Shown: piece after piece, positions 63,237 through 64,000 of the stretch | How the letters are laid out: every line of letters begins with the position of its first letter | Numbering within the stretch: position 1 is the first letter of the stretch | NCBI GenBank assembly: GCA_036785375.1 | Contig: JAWMAR010000019.1 | Location: 248,001 to 312,000, forward strand | Source of the DNA: Leucoraja ocellata | Taxonomy: Eukaryota | Reading direction: 5' to 3' | Length of the DNA: 64,000 nucleotides | Notes under the pieces: model-generated | Told to the model about the DNA's origin: nothing | Databases searched by the model: none | Seen by the model: the letters and a program-made list of their open reading frames with translations, nothing else | Made by a program: the position numbers and the translations under genes

Positions 63237-63933
63237 GTTTATAATAGTCTTTGCAGATTTATTTTAAGGTGTCCATATATAACTCACCACTGTTCTATGT
63301 ACGAAACTCTGAACTGGTTATCCCTCCACGCTCGAAGATGCTACCACTGGTTCCAGTTCATCTTTAAATGCATCCATCCCAATTACCCTTCTTATCTAAA
63401 ACAAGACCTATTACCACACACACCCTCATACTCACTAAGACATATTCAGCAACCCTTCTTTTTCATTCCAAGAACTAACAAAGAAATTGGGAGACATGCA
63501 TTTAAATTCAAAGCTCCTTCTGACTGGAACACTTTGCCTAGTACCATAAGAACTATTAGCTCATTTCGTCTATTTAAAAATACACTTTTACCCTTCCTTA
63601 TAAAACCATGTACCTGTTTCTAGTATTAGAGTCTTCAAGCTCCTTTATCTAGCTTGCTCTGTGTGTGATCATTTGCGCTGTAACATATAACTGTTATTAT
63701 TATTGGATATGTAAAGTCAATTAACAATTGTTATAAACTATAACAAGTGGGGATGGAGGGGTTATAGGATTGGTGTGTGGGTAGGTGGGTCAATGAGAGC
63801 CTTTATGTATGTTATGTCTTGTGCTGTATGTTTTATGTTGGACCCCCTCGAAAACGAGATGACTGTCCATCTCAAGGGGTTATCCATGAATAAACTTGTT
63901 TCAAACTTGTTTCAAGTTAAATTAAATTGTTTA
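63237..63933 (+). mobile_element. L2-clade LINE 3' fragment with open ORF2 C-terminus and 13-bp TSD
   Basis: VYNSLCRFI..THHCSMYETLNWLSLHARR..FIFKC..PSYL..YSLR..IPRTNKEIGRHAFKFKAPSDWNTLP; 3' stem-loop cccct..gagatg-actgtc-catctc..agggg (~63844-63879); TSD aaccaacagcaca at 63224-63236 and 63934-63946. Confidence 0.8.
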
Positions 63934-64000
63934 AACCAACAGCACAACAAAGCAGGTTATCAACTTACTGTGTTGTGGTGGGAGATTGCAACCTTCATGT

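Overview
Vertebrate genomic DNA, most likely from a cartilaginous fish (skate/ray type), inferred from HE1-type V-SINEs, CR1 LINE 3' ends, Deu-type SINE relics and abundant Penelope-like elements (PLEs). The only intact protein-coding gene is the intronless class III POU gene POU3F2/Brn2 (31924-33099, +). It sits in a CpG island, inside a roughly 14 kb almost transposon-free block. The rest is gene-desert sequence: decayed CR1, Rex1/Babar, L2, Penelope and Harbinger elements, SINEs, microsatellites, two N-gaps and several candidate enhancers. Most notable: (1) a stop-interrupted coding-like island at about 16.1-16.8 kb whose motifs line up by eye with bornavirus nucleoprotein (candidate endogenous viral element, unverified); (2) about 20 short PLE-derived insertions, many with minimal hammerhead-ribozyme motifs, many forming long palindromes that fold back at the same point, two of them near-identical 97-98 bp units with their own target-site duplications (TSDs); (3) alternating CpG-retaining and CpG-depleted domains that are also visible in repeat copies; (4) a polyQ tract in POU3F2 at a different position from the mammalian one. 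All family assignments come from recalled consensus sequences, not database searches, and repeat boundaries are approximate unless a TSD or TIR is given.
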